DNA of 64,000 nucleotides. Source: Octopus sinensis (Eukaryota). The DNA is taken from positions 11,904,001 to 11,968,000 of the forward strand of contig NC_042997.1 of the NCBI RefSeq assembly GCF_006345805.1, written 5' to 3'. A program made the translations under genes and the position numbers. Of this stretch, positions 27,212 to 41,140 are shown one piece after another. The notes beneath the pieces are model-generated. The model made no database searches. It had not been told where the DNA came from and saw only the letters and a program-made list of their open reading frames with translations. How positions within the stretch are numbered: position 1 is the stretch's first letter; each line of letters begins with the position of its first letter.

Positions 27212-27664
27212 GCAATTGCTTTTAATTTAAATACAAGGCTAGCTTTTTCGAGGGGAAGAAGAGGTTCAGTCGATATCATCAACTTCCGTCACTTGACTTA
27301 GTCCTATATTTTATCGAATCCGGCAGGATTTGAACTCAGGAAGTAGGCAGCCGGAATAAATACCGCAAGGCATATTCCGACGCTGTAACGGCTCTAATAG
27401 CAACGACAACAACAACAACAACAACAAGAACAATAATAAGGCGGAAATTTCGTAAGGGAATTCTCCATTATATCGCCCCCATCCCACCTCACACCCCAGT
27501 GTTCAACTGGCGCTTCTTTTATCGACCCCGAAAGGATGAAATGCAATGTAGACCTCGGCGGAATATGAACTCACAATTTGAACACCAGGAATAAATGCTG
27601 CAGGAATAAATGCAGTAACGATTCTAACAACAACAACAACAACAACAGCAGCAGCAGCAGCAGC

Positions 27665-27716
<52 letters not shown>

Positions 27717-27718
27717 GC

Positions 27719-27761
<43 letters not shown>

Positions 27762-27853
27762 GCAACAACAAAACAACAACAACAACAACAACGGTAATAA
27801 CAATAGAAACAATGATAAGAATGATGATGGAAATGATGATGATGATCATGATG

Positions 27854-27892
<39 letters not shown>

Positions 27893-27944
27893 GTAATAAT
27901 AACTGTGATTATAATAAGCGCAATAATAATAATAGTTAATATAT

Positions 27945-27978
<34 letters not shown>

Positions 27979-28020
27979 AATGATGATTTAAATTGCAATT
28001 ATAATTGTTAGCAAAAAATA
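26560..28020. repeat. Large trinucleotide microsatellite field (GAT/GAC/AAT/AAC/CAG) with two decayed SINE fragments (about 27250-27380 and about 27490-27625, minus)
   Basis: Directly visible; ttatcgaccccgaaaggatgaa at about 27520 is the family A signature. Confidence 0.9.
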
Positions 28021-28949
28021 TTAATAAAAACACCTGATAGTTATTATAATCATATCATCATCTATCACCTTTGTTACTACCCATCCTCTTTGCCTCTCTC
28101 CATCTCTCTCGCCTCTCTCTCTCCCTCTCCCTTCCTCTCCTCCTTGCTCTCTTTCTCGCTAACGCTATTTCACCACACACTATATAGTGCCACCGCATTG
28201 ACCACAATCATCTTCCCCTCCATCATGGCAACCAGATCTTCCGTCTCCTCCTCCACCACCATCATTGTCACAATCATCATTGAGCGTTCATGTTTTTGTT
28301 CCTTCTCTCTTATTCATTAAGAAATGTAATTTCTCATTTAAGCCTACAAAAGAATATATAAAAAAAAAAAAACGAAGAAACAAGATAATTTCAAAATAGA
28401 CAAATAAATAAATAAATAAAAATAAAAAATAAAAGTACAGAATTAAAAAAAAACATTAGGCTGAAAACAAGAGAAAACAAAGCAAAAATGAAACAAATTG
28501 TATCAATAATATTTTAATAATAAAGACGAAGGATTATCTGGGGATGTTAAGTTGATCTTCTGAGAAAACGAGCAGAGTAGAATATTCGTTATTTTAATTG
28601 TTAATAAATGTTATTAAAACACCGAACCACCACTTTGCTCTTTCACCGCTTCTGTTTCACTCTCCATCCGCCTCTAAAAGAGAAGGAGAGGAAGGAAACG
28701 CAGTAAGAGGGAAAAAGACGAAAATAAATGAAAGCTGATAAAAGATATTTCGATTTTAAATCGCTTGTTAATCTTTTGGGAAGGTGCGTGTTTAGGATCT
28801 TTTCTTTTGTGTATCTGTGCATGCATTTCTCTCTGTGTGTGTGTGTGTGTGTGTTGTGTGTGTGTGTGTGTATTGCATGCGTACTTATGAATCTGGATAT
28901 ATATATATATATATATATAGGTTGTGTGGGTATATATATGCATATATAT

Positions 28950-28995
<46 letters not shown>

Positions 28996-29084
28996 ATTAT
29001 ATATACTTTTTACTCTACCACTGGTATTTGAGTACTCTTTTTTCCACCTTGTTTCACATTTATGTGTTTACTCCGGTATATATA

Positions 29085-29133
<49 letters not shown>

Positions 29134-29324
29134 TATATATATATTGTATGTATATATATATATATATATAATATATTATATATGTATATGCGTGTGGGTC
29201 GGGTGTCTGTTGTGTGCAACATGTTCGTTATTTTTACATGCGTGCGTTTCTAAGCGTCTGCGTGTATGCGTGTGTGGGTGTTTATGTGTGACGGTGGTGG
29301 TGGGATATTTCTGCGTGTGCGTCA

Positions 29325-30835
29325 AAAGACGAGGACACGTGGTGTAGACAACAAACAGATGTATTAGTTTAACGCTCGGGAAGTGAAAAGTCTTTAATGT
29401 TTCGAGCCTACGCTCTTCCACAGAAAGGAACACAGAAAGAAACAAGGAAAGAAAATAAAGAATGTGTAGTGGCTAGCGATCTATCATGGCGAATGCCGGA
29501 CAGAAGGGTCACACTGGAGTGCTAGGAAGAAGGGGAGATAATAAAGTAGTGGTGACTCCAAAATGAAGGTGCGCGTGAGTATGTATATGAGAGTATGTGT
29601 GTGTGGAAGAGGGCTGGTGACCTTGACGTGTGCGTGTGTATGTGTAGGTGTGATGTGATGTGTTGTGTGGTGTGGTGGTGTATGGTGTAGTGGAGTGTGG
29701 TGTGGTGTGATGGTATTGGGAGGTGGGGAGGCAAGAGTGAGGAAAGCAGGGGTGAGGTGTGGGTTAGGCTGTGGATGGGGTAGAGGTGGGGTGTGTGGGT
29801 AGGCAGAGGGTGGGGGTAGAGGCGGGGTATGTGGAGTGAGTATAAGGGATGGGGTGAGGTGGGATGGGAAGGATAGGGAAGGTAGGGTCGGACTATATAC
29901 GAGGGAGGGGTCATGATGAAGGGGAAAGAAAAGGTGGGTAAGAGTGAAGAGAAGAGAAGGAGAGTATGATTTAAAAGAAGTAGGAGTCGGAGCAAGAGAG
30001 GAGAGGTGGGTGGGAGGAAGTAGGTGTGGAGGTGAGAGTTACGATGGGAGGAAGTTAGATGAAGAGGGGAGGAGAGGTCAGCTCATGTAGCGCAAAGGAG
30101 CAAAGTGAGAAGATTAATCCCTGTTCACAGCGCAAACGTGAGTCCGGATGGCCCCTGTGCCTGGACAATCCGAACACGGACAGGTGTTGCAAAGAGTGAC
30201 CGGTAGAGCGGAAATGGCGCGAGACCGGAGTGTAATTGCCGAGTCGGATCTCTCGAAGGTGTTCCGTGAACCGGTCAGCCAAACGATGTCTCGTTTGCCC
30301 GATGTATAGAAAAGGGCAGAGAGAGAGAGAGCAGGCGATGCAATAGATGACATTGGTAGAAGTGCAGGTGAAGGAATCGGTGATGTGATAGGGTCCATAA
30401 TGGGTTCCGTTGAGGAGGGTGGTGTTAGAGAGGTAAAGGCAAGTGCGGCAGAGTGGGCGGGAGCAGGGGAACGAGCCGTGTAGGGAGATTGGGTCAGGGA
30501 AGAAACTGTGGACCAAGAGGTCTCGTAGGTTCTTAGCTCGTTTGAAGGAGGGGAGGGGTCGGTTAGGGAAGATGTACGAAGTGGAGAAGTGGGACTGGAG
30601 TCTCCGGAAGGTTCGGAGAATGGTGCGTTGGAGAGGTAGGGTGGTAGGGTGGTAGTGGAGGGGAAATGGGAGGCGGGAGACGGCTGGGCGGGTTCGGGGG
30701 GGGGGAGCAGATTCACTGTCCAAGGAACGTGCTCTGGCAAGAGCGGTGTGGATAGTGGTGAGGGGATATCCACGTAGGATGAATTGGCGAGCCATGAGTT
30801 GAGACTGAGTCTCAAAGTCATGGTTGTCATACATA
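29325..30835 (-). mobile_element. Neptune-like Penelope element, 5'-truncated (RT thumb, Cys linker, GIY-YIG, CA-rich 3' UTR, pLTR)
   Basis: The ORF 30055-30835 portion has LRGYP, FPCSRPLCRTC and NVIYCIACSLSLCPFLYIGQTRHRLADRFTEH. Terminal repeat 29325-29465 carries cttt-CTGTGGA-a-gagc gtag gctc-GAAAC. Confidence 0.92.
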
Positions 30836-30944
30836 TACACGAACACATGTGTTGGTGTATATGTATGTGTGTGTGTGTGTGTGTGCGCGCGCGCGCGCGT
30901 GTGTGTGCATGTATTGGTGTATATGTGTATGCATAAAATACGTT

Positions 30945-30981
30945 TGTTTGAAAAGCTGAAAAGGGCGAAAAGCGCTTTACA
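30945..30981 (+). ncRNA. Minimal type I hammerhead-like motif, U3-A8 variant
   Basis: tgt-TTGAAAA-gct gaaaag ggc-GAAAAGCGCTT-T-aca: palindromic stem III AAGCGCTT, only 3-bp stem I, UUU site. Confidence 0.55.
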
Positions 30982-31170
30982 CAGCACGATGACATCCTTG
31001 TATAGGTTTGTCTGGTTCAGTTTCCTGTAAAAGATTTTGAAAAAATAATTAATGTTTTTAATTTAAGAAAACATTTCTTTAAATATTGTGAGCTCATCAA
31101 GATTTTTAAAAATATATATTTACATATACACACACAAGCACACGCACGCATACGCACACACAAAAACACA

Positions 31171-31237
<67 letters not shown>

Positions 31238-32048
31238 CCATATATATATATATATATACGCATACGCGCACACACACAAATTGACGCATACATAAATAGT
31301 TAATACATGTGCAGTTTAATATTCAGGTAGTGCTAGGTAAAGATCTTACTCACTTCTTCAGGGCGTGATGACCTTGAGTGACACGAGCCTGGGCTCAGCT
31401 GGCTTCCGTTGATAGTATTTTGCGAGCGTGTATGTGTGCAAGTGCTTGGGTATGTGTGTGTAAGTGTGAATGTGTTTGTGAGTCTTTACGTACTGTTATG
31501 TGTACACACAAACACGTATGCCTATGTACGAGTGTACAATAATGTTTAAGTGCATATGTATGTAGGGGGAGGAGGAGGAGGAGGCAATAACACAACATGC
31601 TAATTATTAATTATCAACAAGGAGAGCATGTGGTCGAAATAAATTTTGTTGTTTAAACATTTGCTATTGAAGATTAATTATAAAACAGAAAAATTTTCTT
31701 CACTGAACAGAGGTGCACTAAGAAGGTGAGAGAGTGAAAGATGTGGCTGCGTAGCAAAGCATTAAATATTTAACTAACAGCGATTTTGAGTTCAAATCAT
31801 GCCAAAGTTCATATTACTATTTCAGCGTTGTTGACGCAGAGTGGGGGAATTATGAAGGAGTTTATATCACAATTATTATGTTTCGGGTTCAAACTCTGCA
31901 CCTGACTTATAACGCTTATTCTTTATTTTTTTTTTCTTAACAAGTAACGCGGTTCGACCAAGTCTCTGAGCATAATTCAGACACGTTTTTGTCTTGCTGT
32001 CGCACCTTTGTGGAATGTGAGGCTAATTACACGTTAATTCAATTAGCA

Positions 32049-32567
32049 CCTGTTTTATATATATGTATTTCTTTACTACCCACAAGGGGCTAAACACAGA
32101 GAGGACAAACAAGGACAGATAAACGGATTAAGTCGATTATATCGACCCCAGTGCGTAACTGGTACTTATTTAATCGACCCCGAAAGGATGAAAGGCAAAG
32201 TCGACCTCGGCGGAATTTGAACTCAGAACGTAACGCCAGACGAAATGCGGCTACGCATTTCACCCGGCGTGCTAACGATTCTGCCAGCTCGCCGCCTTGC
32301 CTGTTTTATATATATGTATTTCTTTACTACCCACAAGGGGCTAAACACAGAGAGGACAAACAAGGACAGATAAACGGATTAAGTCGATTACATCGACCCC
32401 AGTGCGCAACTGGTACTTAATTTATCTACCCCGAAAGGATGAAAGGCAAAGTCGACCTCGGCAGAATTTGAACTCAGAACGTACCGCCAGACGAAATGCG
32501 GCTACGCATTTCACCCGGCGTGCTAACGATTCTGCCAGCTCGCCGCCTTGCCTGTTTTATATATATG
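32049..32567 (-). mobile_element. Two full-length family A SINEs in tandem (251-bp period)
   Basis: The spacer cctgttttatatatatg starts at 32049, 32300 and 32551, bracketing two near-identical SINEs. Confidence 0.9.
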
Positions 32568-34435
32568 ACCAGCTGAATCCCCCACGTCAGATACTTTATT
32601 TAATCGACCACGAAAGGAGGAGAGGCAAGGTTAACCACGATGGGATTTGCTCTCAGAGTGTAAATTAAGTAATTAAATATCATGAGGTATTGTAGCACTA
32701 CTATATATGCTAAAAGATGTGTAAGTGTAAATTCAGACCTTCAGTTCAATTGATAACCTTCCAACCCATTACCATGGATTTGTTGCCTTGTTCTGAATTT
32801 TGAAATCATTATTGAAAGAACTTAGCGCTGAAGGCGACCAATTCAAATTGGGTCAAAAGAATGTGCCACTCTATCTACCCAAATATCGGTCACTGCACAC
32901 AGCGTATTGTCCTCAATAAGGATGAATTATACTTTGTAAATCATACTGTGACCATCCCCCAAAGCTTACACTAACCACCACTTCCTTCCTCAGAAAGCCT
33001 ATCCTCTTGAATTTCTTCCATTTACATGTTTTATTTTTTGTCTGCGGCAGTCAGTTGCAAATTTTTGAGGTGATCATTAAAAATAAAATTCTGTTGGAGG
33101 ACCCATGGACACAACTCTTCCTCTCATTTTAATTTCTATTCCCTATAAAAAAAAAAGAAAGATGCCAATCCAAGTATACTCTGCTTGAAAACAAACAAGA
33201 TGGCCACTGCCTGAAAAAAAAGTCAAATTTGAATACTTTTAAACAAAAAGATGATCGATCAAGACAGCATAACATGCGATAAAAGAAGAGCATCTACGTG
33301 CTGCTCTCCCTTATAAAAATGCTAGGCAAATTTGACTCCAATCACACATCGACACTATAAAAGGCAAAGTGGTATACATAGGTCTAGCTAATCCTCAAAA
33401 AATTGAACGGTTATAAGCGCCATGGTTTTGATGATAAACCGGCTCGATCAGTGTTGAGATGGAGCTAAAGTACAACAACAACAGCAGCAGCAACAACAAA
33501 AACAACAACAACAACAACAACAACAGCGATGTCGGCAACAGCAACTATAAGGGCAATAACCTCATTAATATATTTGCACTACCCCACCATCAGAGACTAA
33601 TTGTATAGGAATTAGTTTGCACCATATTCCTAATAACACCTGCTAATTTTCCTTCGAAGAATTTCTAAATTGCTACAAAGCCTTGTGTCAGTATTAGATA
33701 AAAAAAAAATCCAATAAAAAACCCCGATCGGATGGTTTTCTTTTTCCTTGTTTTAATTTTTCCAATCGAAATATAAAAGCGATAATTCAAGTGTGAAATA
33801 GGAACCTATCTCAAACAAACAAAAAATTGTTAGTTAACTTGAAGAAAACGAATTAGAAATAGCTGGCATCAGAATTAATTATCTTCTGCAATCATTTACA
33901 ATACTGTCGCTGACAAATGAATCTGGAGGAAAATAGAAAAAGAATAAAGAAACGTTAAACCAAACAGAAAATGCACAGAAAACATGGTCGACAAATGAAT
34001 TCTTGTTGAATGAATAACACATGTGAAAAGGCAATCAATAAACTATTACTCAGCGATTTGACATTATCCATTAAAAAATAAACTTGAGAAATGTCGGAGT
34101 GAAGGTTTGTTCTTATATATTTGCTGTTACAAGAAGGAAACACGTTCTTACATGTGTATGAGGACGTCGTGAACCTGATTTACTTCTACAGAAACATATT
34201 TCTAGCGTGTTTTGCAATTGTGTTTACCAATCTGCTGTGGAGTGAATATTTTTGTTTTTAGATTTTAAGTTTCTGTGTCATCTCCTCTCCTTAACTAGTC
34301 TGTCTGCCTGTCTGTCTGTCTGTCAGTTCGTTTCTTCTTTTTACCGACAATGCATTACCACACATGTATCTTTGTGTGTGTATGTATGCGTACATATATA
34401 TAATATATATATATTATATATAATATATATATATA

Positions 34436-34470
<35 letters not shown>

Positions 34471-34486
34471 TATATGTATAATATGA

Positions 34487-34641
34487 GTGGCTGTGTGGTA
34501 AGTAGCTTGCTTACCAACCACATGGTTCCGGGTTCAGTCCCACTGCTTGGCCCCTGGGCAAGTGTCTTCTACTATAACCGCGGGCTGACCAAACACTTGT
34601 GAGTGGATTTGGTAGACGGAAACTAAAAGAAGCCCGTCGTA

Positions 34642-34642
<1 letters not shown>
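34487..34642 (+). mobile_element. Family B SINE
   Basis: tggctgtgtggtaag...ggttcagtcccactgc...gggcaagtgtcttctactata...gaagcccgtcg. Confidence 0.85.
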
Positions 34643-34683
<41 letters not shown>

Positions 34684-34845
34684 GTATATATGTATATATA
34701 TTCACACACACACAAAATACACACATATGTACATACATGTAAACGTATCACTCATTTTTCTGTGTGTATATGTATACGAAGAACTCAGTCTATCTATTTA
34801 TCTATCTATCAATAGATGCTTATATGTAAGTGTATACACGCATAT

Positions 34846-34895
<50 letters not shown>

Positions 34896-35532
34896 CAGAC
34901 AGAGAGAGAGAGAGAGAGAGAGAGAAAGTGGAAATCTATCTTTTCTCAGAGGATGCAATATATTTGTACCATATAGCAAAGAGGATTTGACATAATTTGC
35001 TAAACCCGTATAACTTTAGCCTCGTTATGATAATAAAGTCCTTAAACGACATGGCTTATATCTCTACGGTTGATCTGAACAATTTCTAATATTGTTAGAC
35101 TTTCATCAGAGGAAGAATGTCTCGAAATATTCTGTAGCAGAGTACTCTTGGCTAGATTCTATAGATATATTATGCAACACAGCATACCAGTGAAACAATA
35201 CATTGTTGATTTACTGAAAGACATATTTTACAGAGTGTAATATAAATTATATAATATAATAAGTCAACGTAGCATTGAATAAAATATTTATCCAAATATA
35301 TTGGTTAGATTTATTTAGAAACAGTGTAAAGCACTGAAGCAAAACTATTAGCTAATATTTGTAGGTAATATAGGTGCACGCCTGGATGTTGGTTAAGAAG
35401 AGCATTTTGCAACTTCGTGTTTCAGGCTCAGCCCCAATGCGTAACAGCCTGGGCAAGTGTCTTCCATTATATCCTCGGACAACTTATTCTTGTGAGTAAT
35501 TGGTAGGCGAAAACTACGTGAAACTCGACAGG

Positions 35533-35585
<53 letters not shown>

Positions 35586-35818
35586 CCATGCTGTTTTTAC
35601 GTTTTCGTTTCTCGTTGAGTTCTACGTCTATTTGTGGTGTCCTGTACACACGTATATATATTTATATATGCATGTATATATACATGTAGATGTAGGTACG
35701 TACTATATGTTTGTATGTATGCATATATTTTATTTATTACACAATTGTATGACTGAGCGCCTTCGCGTCGATTCGATTCGTTTGGTTTGGTTTGGTTTCT
35801 TCTTCTTCTCTAAGCTGG

Positions 35819-35857
<39 letters not shown>

Positions 35858-35973
35858 TTTATCGCCCTCTCTATGACGCAACATTTGTATCAAACTAAGA
35901 TACACACATTTTCTTTTTCTTTCTTGCACTCTTTACCTCTAATTTTCCACATCTGTTTGTATGTTATTAGTTC

Positions 35974-36078
<105 letters not shown>

Positions 36079-36109
36079 CTTATGTATCTATAAGGTTACC
36101 TAGCTGGCT

Positions 36110-36520
36110 ATACAACATGTCTGAACTTCAGCTGGATCATCATCATGAGAAAGTCCACAGTTTTCAGCACTACTACGAACAACCCCTCTATAGCGTCTAA
36201 GATCAATCGAGGTATTTGAAATACAGCCGAAAGAATAGATACAATGCAAAACTAATAACGAACACCAAAGTTGCTGTCTACGAAGTATGCGTCCTCAACG
36301 TACTGCTTCTGACAGATGAGCGTGGAACTTATGCCCCGACAAGAGCGTCATCTTAAAGCCAATTTTCACAGCCTGAGACGCATCCTAGACATCATGTTGT
36401 CTGACTAAACTCACTATCGATGAGGGTTTGTTTCACACCCAAAAGCCAAACCAACTCCAACAGATATTCCCCTGCAAATGAGCAGGTTAAGTATCAGCCG
36501 CATTAATGCTAACAATCTAG
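36110..36520 (+). mobile_element. Decayed RTE-clade LINE fragment (post-RT region)
   Basis: KLITNTKVAVYEVCVLNVLL (from 36249), then after a frameshift RQERHLKANFHSLRRILDI; resembles the RTE consensus TK.AVY.ACVLS.LLYG...RQE.RL..FH.RCLRRIL.I. Confidence 0.7.
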
Positions 36521-38434
36521 CATAGACACTTTTCAGAATTCCATTATTGATGAATAAATAGAAAAGAGACATTGATGGTAGTAGCTGGGAGTCAGTGTAA
36601 TACAAAACATTTTTATCAAAGCTGTATGTTAAGCGACAAGAATGCACAATGTTAGATTTTCATTACAAAAATTTTATATGACTACGAAAAAGACAAGCAA
36701 TTCCTATAAAAAAGTGTTAGGGTACTCGAATCCGGTAGAACGAAATAAAGAATTTATTCAAGCTTAAATGGTTTCAACAGAATTGACTCTCTTTATAATA
36801 TCTGCGTTAAACCGATCAACGAATTAAATACAGCGCCCAAGTACAGAAGCATTCCCTTCGAAAGGCTTCTTCACGATTGAGTTTCCATCTATTATGTTCC
36901 ATTCCCAACTGGAGACCAATTTAAAAGTCACTTGCCCAAAGTGCTGAGCTGTGGAACTGAACCAGAATTCGTTAATAACACTACTTTTCCTGCATTCATT
37001 TCCAGACTTATGGAGGCACATAATGATAGCTAACACATTTGTAAACAGCTGAAAGTTTCTATCTCACCTGGTCCTAGTAAACTAATTCTTCAACTGACGT
37101 TTATTCAACTGAGTCAGATTAACTCAAGACTATTCTTGGATCAATAAAATACACATAATCGAAGGCATTTTCTCTGTAAGAAGACAGTGGATTTTATTAT
37201 TCAATGTGAACTGTATCATTTGTTAAAAAGTGCAATTTTAGAGAGTTTGGCTGTTATTTCAAGCACATCAAGCGATGGCTTAGAGATCCTCGTTAGTGCG
37301 ATTAAACTGATAAGTTTTTACGGTATTTGAACTGAGATATTTAAAGACTAAGTAGACTTCTGTTCCTTAACAGCAATCGTGGACTTTACCGTTTCTGCCA
37401 CTTTGCCGGTCTAAATTAAATAAGTAAAGAAAATTAATTAAATTCATAAAGAGTATAAAATAAACAAAAATAAAATAAATATAAAAAAAAGTCACTCGCA
37501 TTCACAGAATCATAATAATCAAACACCAACAACAACAACAAAAGCGAAAACAACGACAAAAGCAAGAGTATGAGATGCAATAACAACAATAATAACAAGA
37601 TCAGAAACAATGTTACAAGCTCCATTACAACCACCCACACCACAACCAAACACCACCACCACCACCACCACCACCAACCACCACCAAACACCACCACCAC
37701 CACCACCACCACCACCACCAACCACCACCACAACCACCACCAACCAACCACCACCACCACCACCACTACTACCACCACCACCATCATCATCATCATCATC
37801 GTCATCGCTACAAAATAAATAGGTGGAGATGGGGTAAGAGGCCACACGGAAGACCTACCTTCGTATCTCCTCTCTTTCCTGCCCCAACAGAACCATGCCT
37901 CCATCATTGGCGAAGGCGACTACGACAATGGGAAATAATGACAACATACGCATCATATATAGACAAACAATAAAATAACAGGAACTAAAAAACAAATAAA
38001 AATATAGTTTGAAACAAGAATAAGTAACAAAAAAAAAGAATAAAGAAAGATCTTATGAAGAATGGTATCTTGCGTCTAAGTAAATGAAAGAAGCTGATTA
38101 AAATACACACATACACAGACATGTATGTAGGTATATGTATGTGGGAGTGTGTGTGTGTGTGTGTATGTGTGTGTGTGTGTGTGTGTGTAGATACATACAT
38201 TGAAATACACATATTGTGTGATTGAATACATATGTTCATATATGTATGTACGAATGTATGTATGTATGTATGTATGTATATGTATATTATACATTATAAA
38301 TGTATATATATATATATGTATATATATATATAAATAAGAGTATCTACATATATATATACACAAGAGAAAGAGAGAGAGAGAGATAAATGAGTTTATGCAT
38401 ATATGCATGTATGCGTGCAAGTATGTATGTACAA

Positions 38435-38501
<67 letters not shown>

Positions 38502-39952
38502 TGTATATATATAAATAGATTGTGTGTATAATATGTATGTATATATATATATATACATATATATGTATGTAAGTGCATATGTATCTTGATGTACCTATGT
38601 GTGTGTATATATATATGTATATATATATGGCATGTATGTATGTATGTATGTATGTATGTATGTATGTATGTATGTATGTATGCATGCATGTATGTATGTA
38701 TGCATGTATATATATGTATACATGTATGTATAAACAAGCTAAAAGGAATTGAACACAAAATGTAATTTAATTTGCTGCTATTGCCGTACGTAAGTTGCTG
38801 GCGGCCATCTATAATGGGAACTTGTCTTATTCTTTGACTAAATTTAGTGAAATCGGCAGAGGCGGGAGGGGCGGGTTGCATGTATAGAGAGGAAGGAAGA
38901 GAGACAGAGAAAGGAATGTGTGGGTGTGTGTATGAGAGAGAGTTAGAGAGAGAGAGAAAGAGAGAGAGGGGGATGAGAGAGAGAGAGTATGTGCGAGAAA
39001 TACGTACTGAGAGAAAAGCGGGTGTGAAAGAGTGTAAGCGAAGCGGATGGATAAATAGTGGGGAAAACAGAATGATAGAGAGAAATAGGAAGAGAGAGAG
39101 AGAGAGAGGTATGGGGAAAGAGAAAGAGAAAAAGATATAGAGAATAATAGAAAGTGAGATAAAGAGATAGATAGGTAGAGAGAAAGAGAGAGGGGGAAGA
39201 GAACGTTTGAGGGAGAAAGAATAAATAAAATGCGACAAAGAAAGATTTGTATAGAAGTGGGAGGAAACGTGAGAGAAAGAAATCGTGAGAAGAGACGGTG
39301 ATTAAGAAAAGAGAGCGTGTGAAATATAAAGAGGGAAATGAAGAGAGAAAGACAGGGAGAGAGAGAGAGAGAGAGAGGAGAGGGGATGAATGTAAAAGAA
39401 TAGTTGAGAGTAGAGGGGAGCGGTGACAGTAATACTGAGCTGAGGTATGTCAGCGGGAAAGTTACACTGGGGGTGGGGGAGAGAGGAAAGAACACAGAAG
39501 TTGAGTGGGGGAAGGGGGGTTGCATGTAATACAGACTATATAACAACAATAACAACATTAGCGACAACAGCTACAACAAACTCAGCTGATGCCATCAGTC
39601 ATTCTAGAAGCAACAGTATAAAATTAAAAAAAAAAACAAGCAACAGCTTTTTTGCAACACCAAGCAACTCGAGCAGACGTGATTCGTTTACATGATCGCT
39701 CAATCTGCTAGAAATAGCAGCCAAATTTTCCGCTCTTTCCCATATTACAAACGAAGGTCTGAATAAAAAGTAGGAATGGTCACAAACGGAATGGCTTTTG
39801 GTCATAGATTTGTTTAATCAAAGCTGACCTGAGATCAGATAAAAGTATCGACAATAAATATGAGCTAAAAGCTGAAATTCTTCCACCACAAACGATACGG
39901 AATTAAAAAGGAAAAGAAGAAAAAAAACATTATATACTGCAGTCTGTTTGTT

Positions 39953-40113
39953 GCATGGATGTGTGGTTAAGGTTTTTACTTTGCAATGACAAGGTTTCGG
40001 TTTCAGTCCCACTGTGCACGACACTTTGAGCAAGCGTCTTACGCTGTAACCACGGGCCGATCAATGCCTTGTGATTGTAGTTGGTAGACAAAAACTGTGT
40101 AGTAGCTAGGCCG

Positions 40114-40115
<2 letters not shown>
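39953..40115 (+). mobile_element. Family B SINE (diverged)
   Basis: gcatggatgtgtggttaagg...ggtttcagtcccactg...tttgagcaagcgtctt...ttggtagac. Confidence 0.7.
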
Positions 40116-40154
<39 letters not shown>

Positions 40155-40294
40155 ATATATATATATATACAATTTAGGAGGTGACCTTAACAGGCCATTC
40201 GTCCACCAGAAAGAGCAGCCATAACTCACACCGCCAACAGTAGTTAGTAAATTCAGAATTAGGTGAAAATTTAAAACCATTTACCCTAATTCAT

Positions 40295-40394
40295 CTTTTA
40301 GACGATGCATCGTTTCTGTGTTATTAATGATTAAATTAGCTTAATTAAATTAAATTAAGCTAATCTACCATAGGTCACACTTCATCAGTAAAAA
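40295..40394 (-). ncRNA. Type I hammerhead ribozyme (inverted copy)
   Basis: Reverse complement of the 41041-41140 motif; all core nucleotides present. Confidence 0.8.
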
Positions 40395-41040
40395 ACCTGG
40401 GAGAGACAAATATACACGAGGCGTCTGTATCGATGCCTCCGGAATATCTGTCTTAAAATTTTCAAGACCGACGTATCGCGCCAAACTTATCAGCAGTAAA
40501 TATAAACTGCCGATTCAATCTCAGAATTATTCAGAAAATTATCAATTAGTCAATTTAGGGTAGCAAAAATTCAATAGAAATTTATCGCTACCAGCGGCCT
40601 AGTGGAAAAGAGAAAATAGTCAAAGACTAAATCATTAATAACACAGAAACGATGCATCGTCTAAAAGATGAATTAGGGTAAATGGTTTTAAATTTTCACC
40701 TAATTTCTGAATTACTACTACTTGGCGGTGTGAGTTATGGCTGCTCTTTCTGGTGGACGAATGGCCTGTTAAGGTCACTCCTAAATTGTTATATTTATAT
40801 ATTTAGTCTTTGACTATTTTCTCTTTTCCACTAGGCCGCTGGTAGCGATAAATTTCTATTGAATTTTTTGCTACCCTAAATTGACTAATTGATAATTTTC
40901 TGAATAATTCTGAGATTGAATCGGCAGTTTATATTTACTGCTGATAAGTTTGGCGCGAATACGTCGGTCTTGAAAATTTTAAGACAGATATTCCGGAGGC
41001 ATCGATACAGACGCCTCGTGTATATTTGTCTCTCCCAGGT

Positions 41041-41140
41041 TTTTTACTGATGAAGTGTGACCTATGGTAGATTAGCTTAATTTAATTTAATTAAGCTAAT
41101 TTAATCATTAATAACACAGAAACGATGCATCGTCTAAAAG
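41041..41140 (+). ncRNA. Type I hammerhead ribozyme, GUC site
   Basis: ttttta-CTGATGA-a-gtgt...(internal hairpin attagcttaatt/aattaagctaat)...acac-a-GAAACGATGCATCGT-C-taaaag: 6-bp stem I, palindromic stem III ACGATGCATCGT, predicted cleavage after C41134. Confidence 0.85.

Noticed and set aside
27578-27991. Poly-N/poly-Q-like ORF
   Set aside because: Pure AAC/CAG/AAT microsatellite adjoining a SINE remnant; no evidence of an exon.
30836-30987. N-terminal extension of the 310-aa ORF
   Set aside because: Read-through of a (CA)/(CG) microsatellite and an unrelated repeat; PLE similarity starts at DNHDFETQ.
35100-35140. cagag..aga..gtctcgaaa..ttctgtag motif shared loosely with about 14325-14370
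   Set aside because: No valid catalytic core on either strand; the similarity is too short to call a family.
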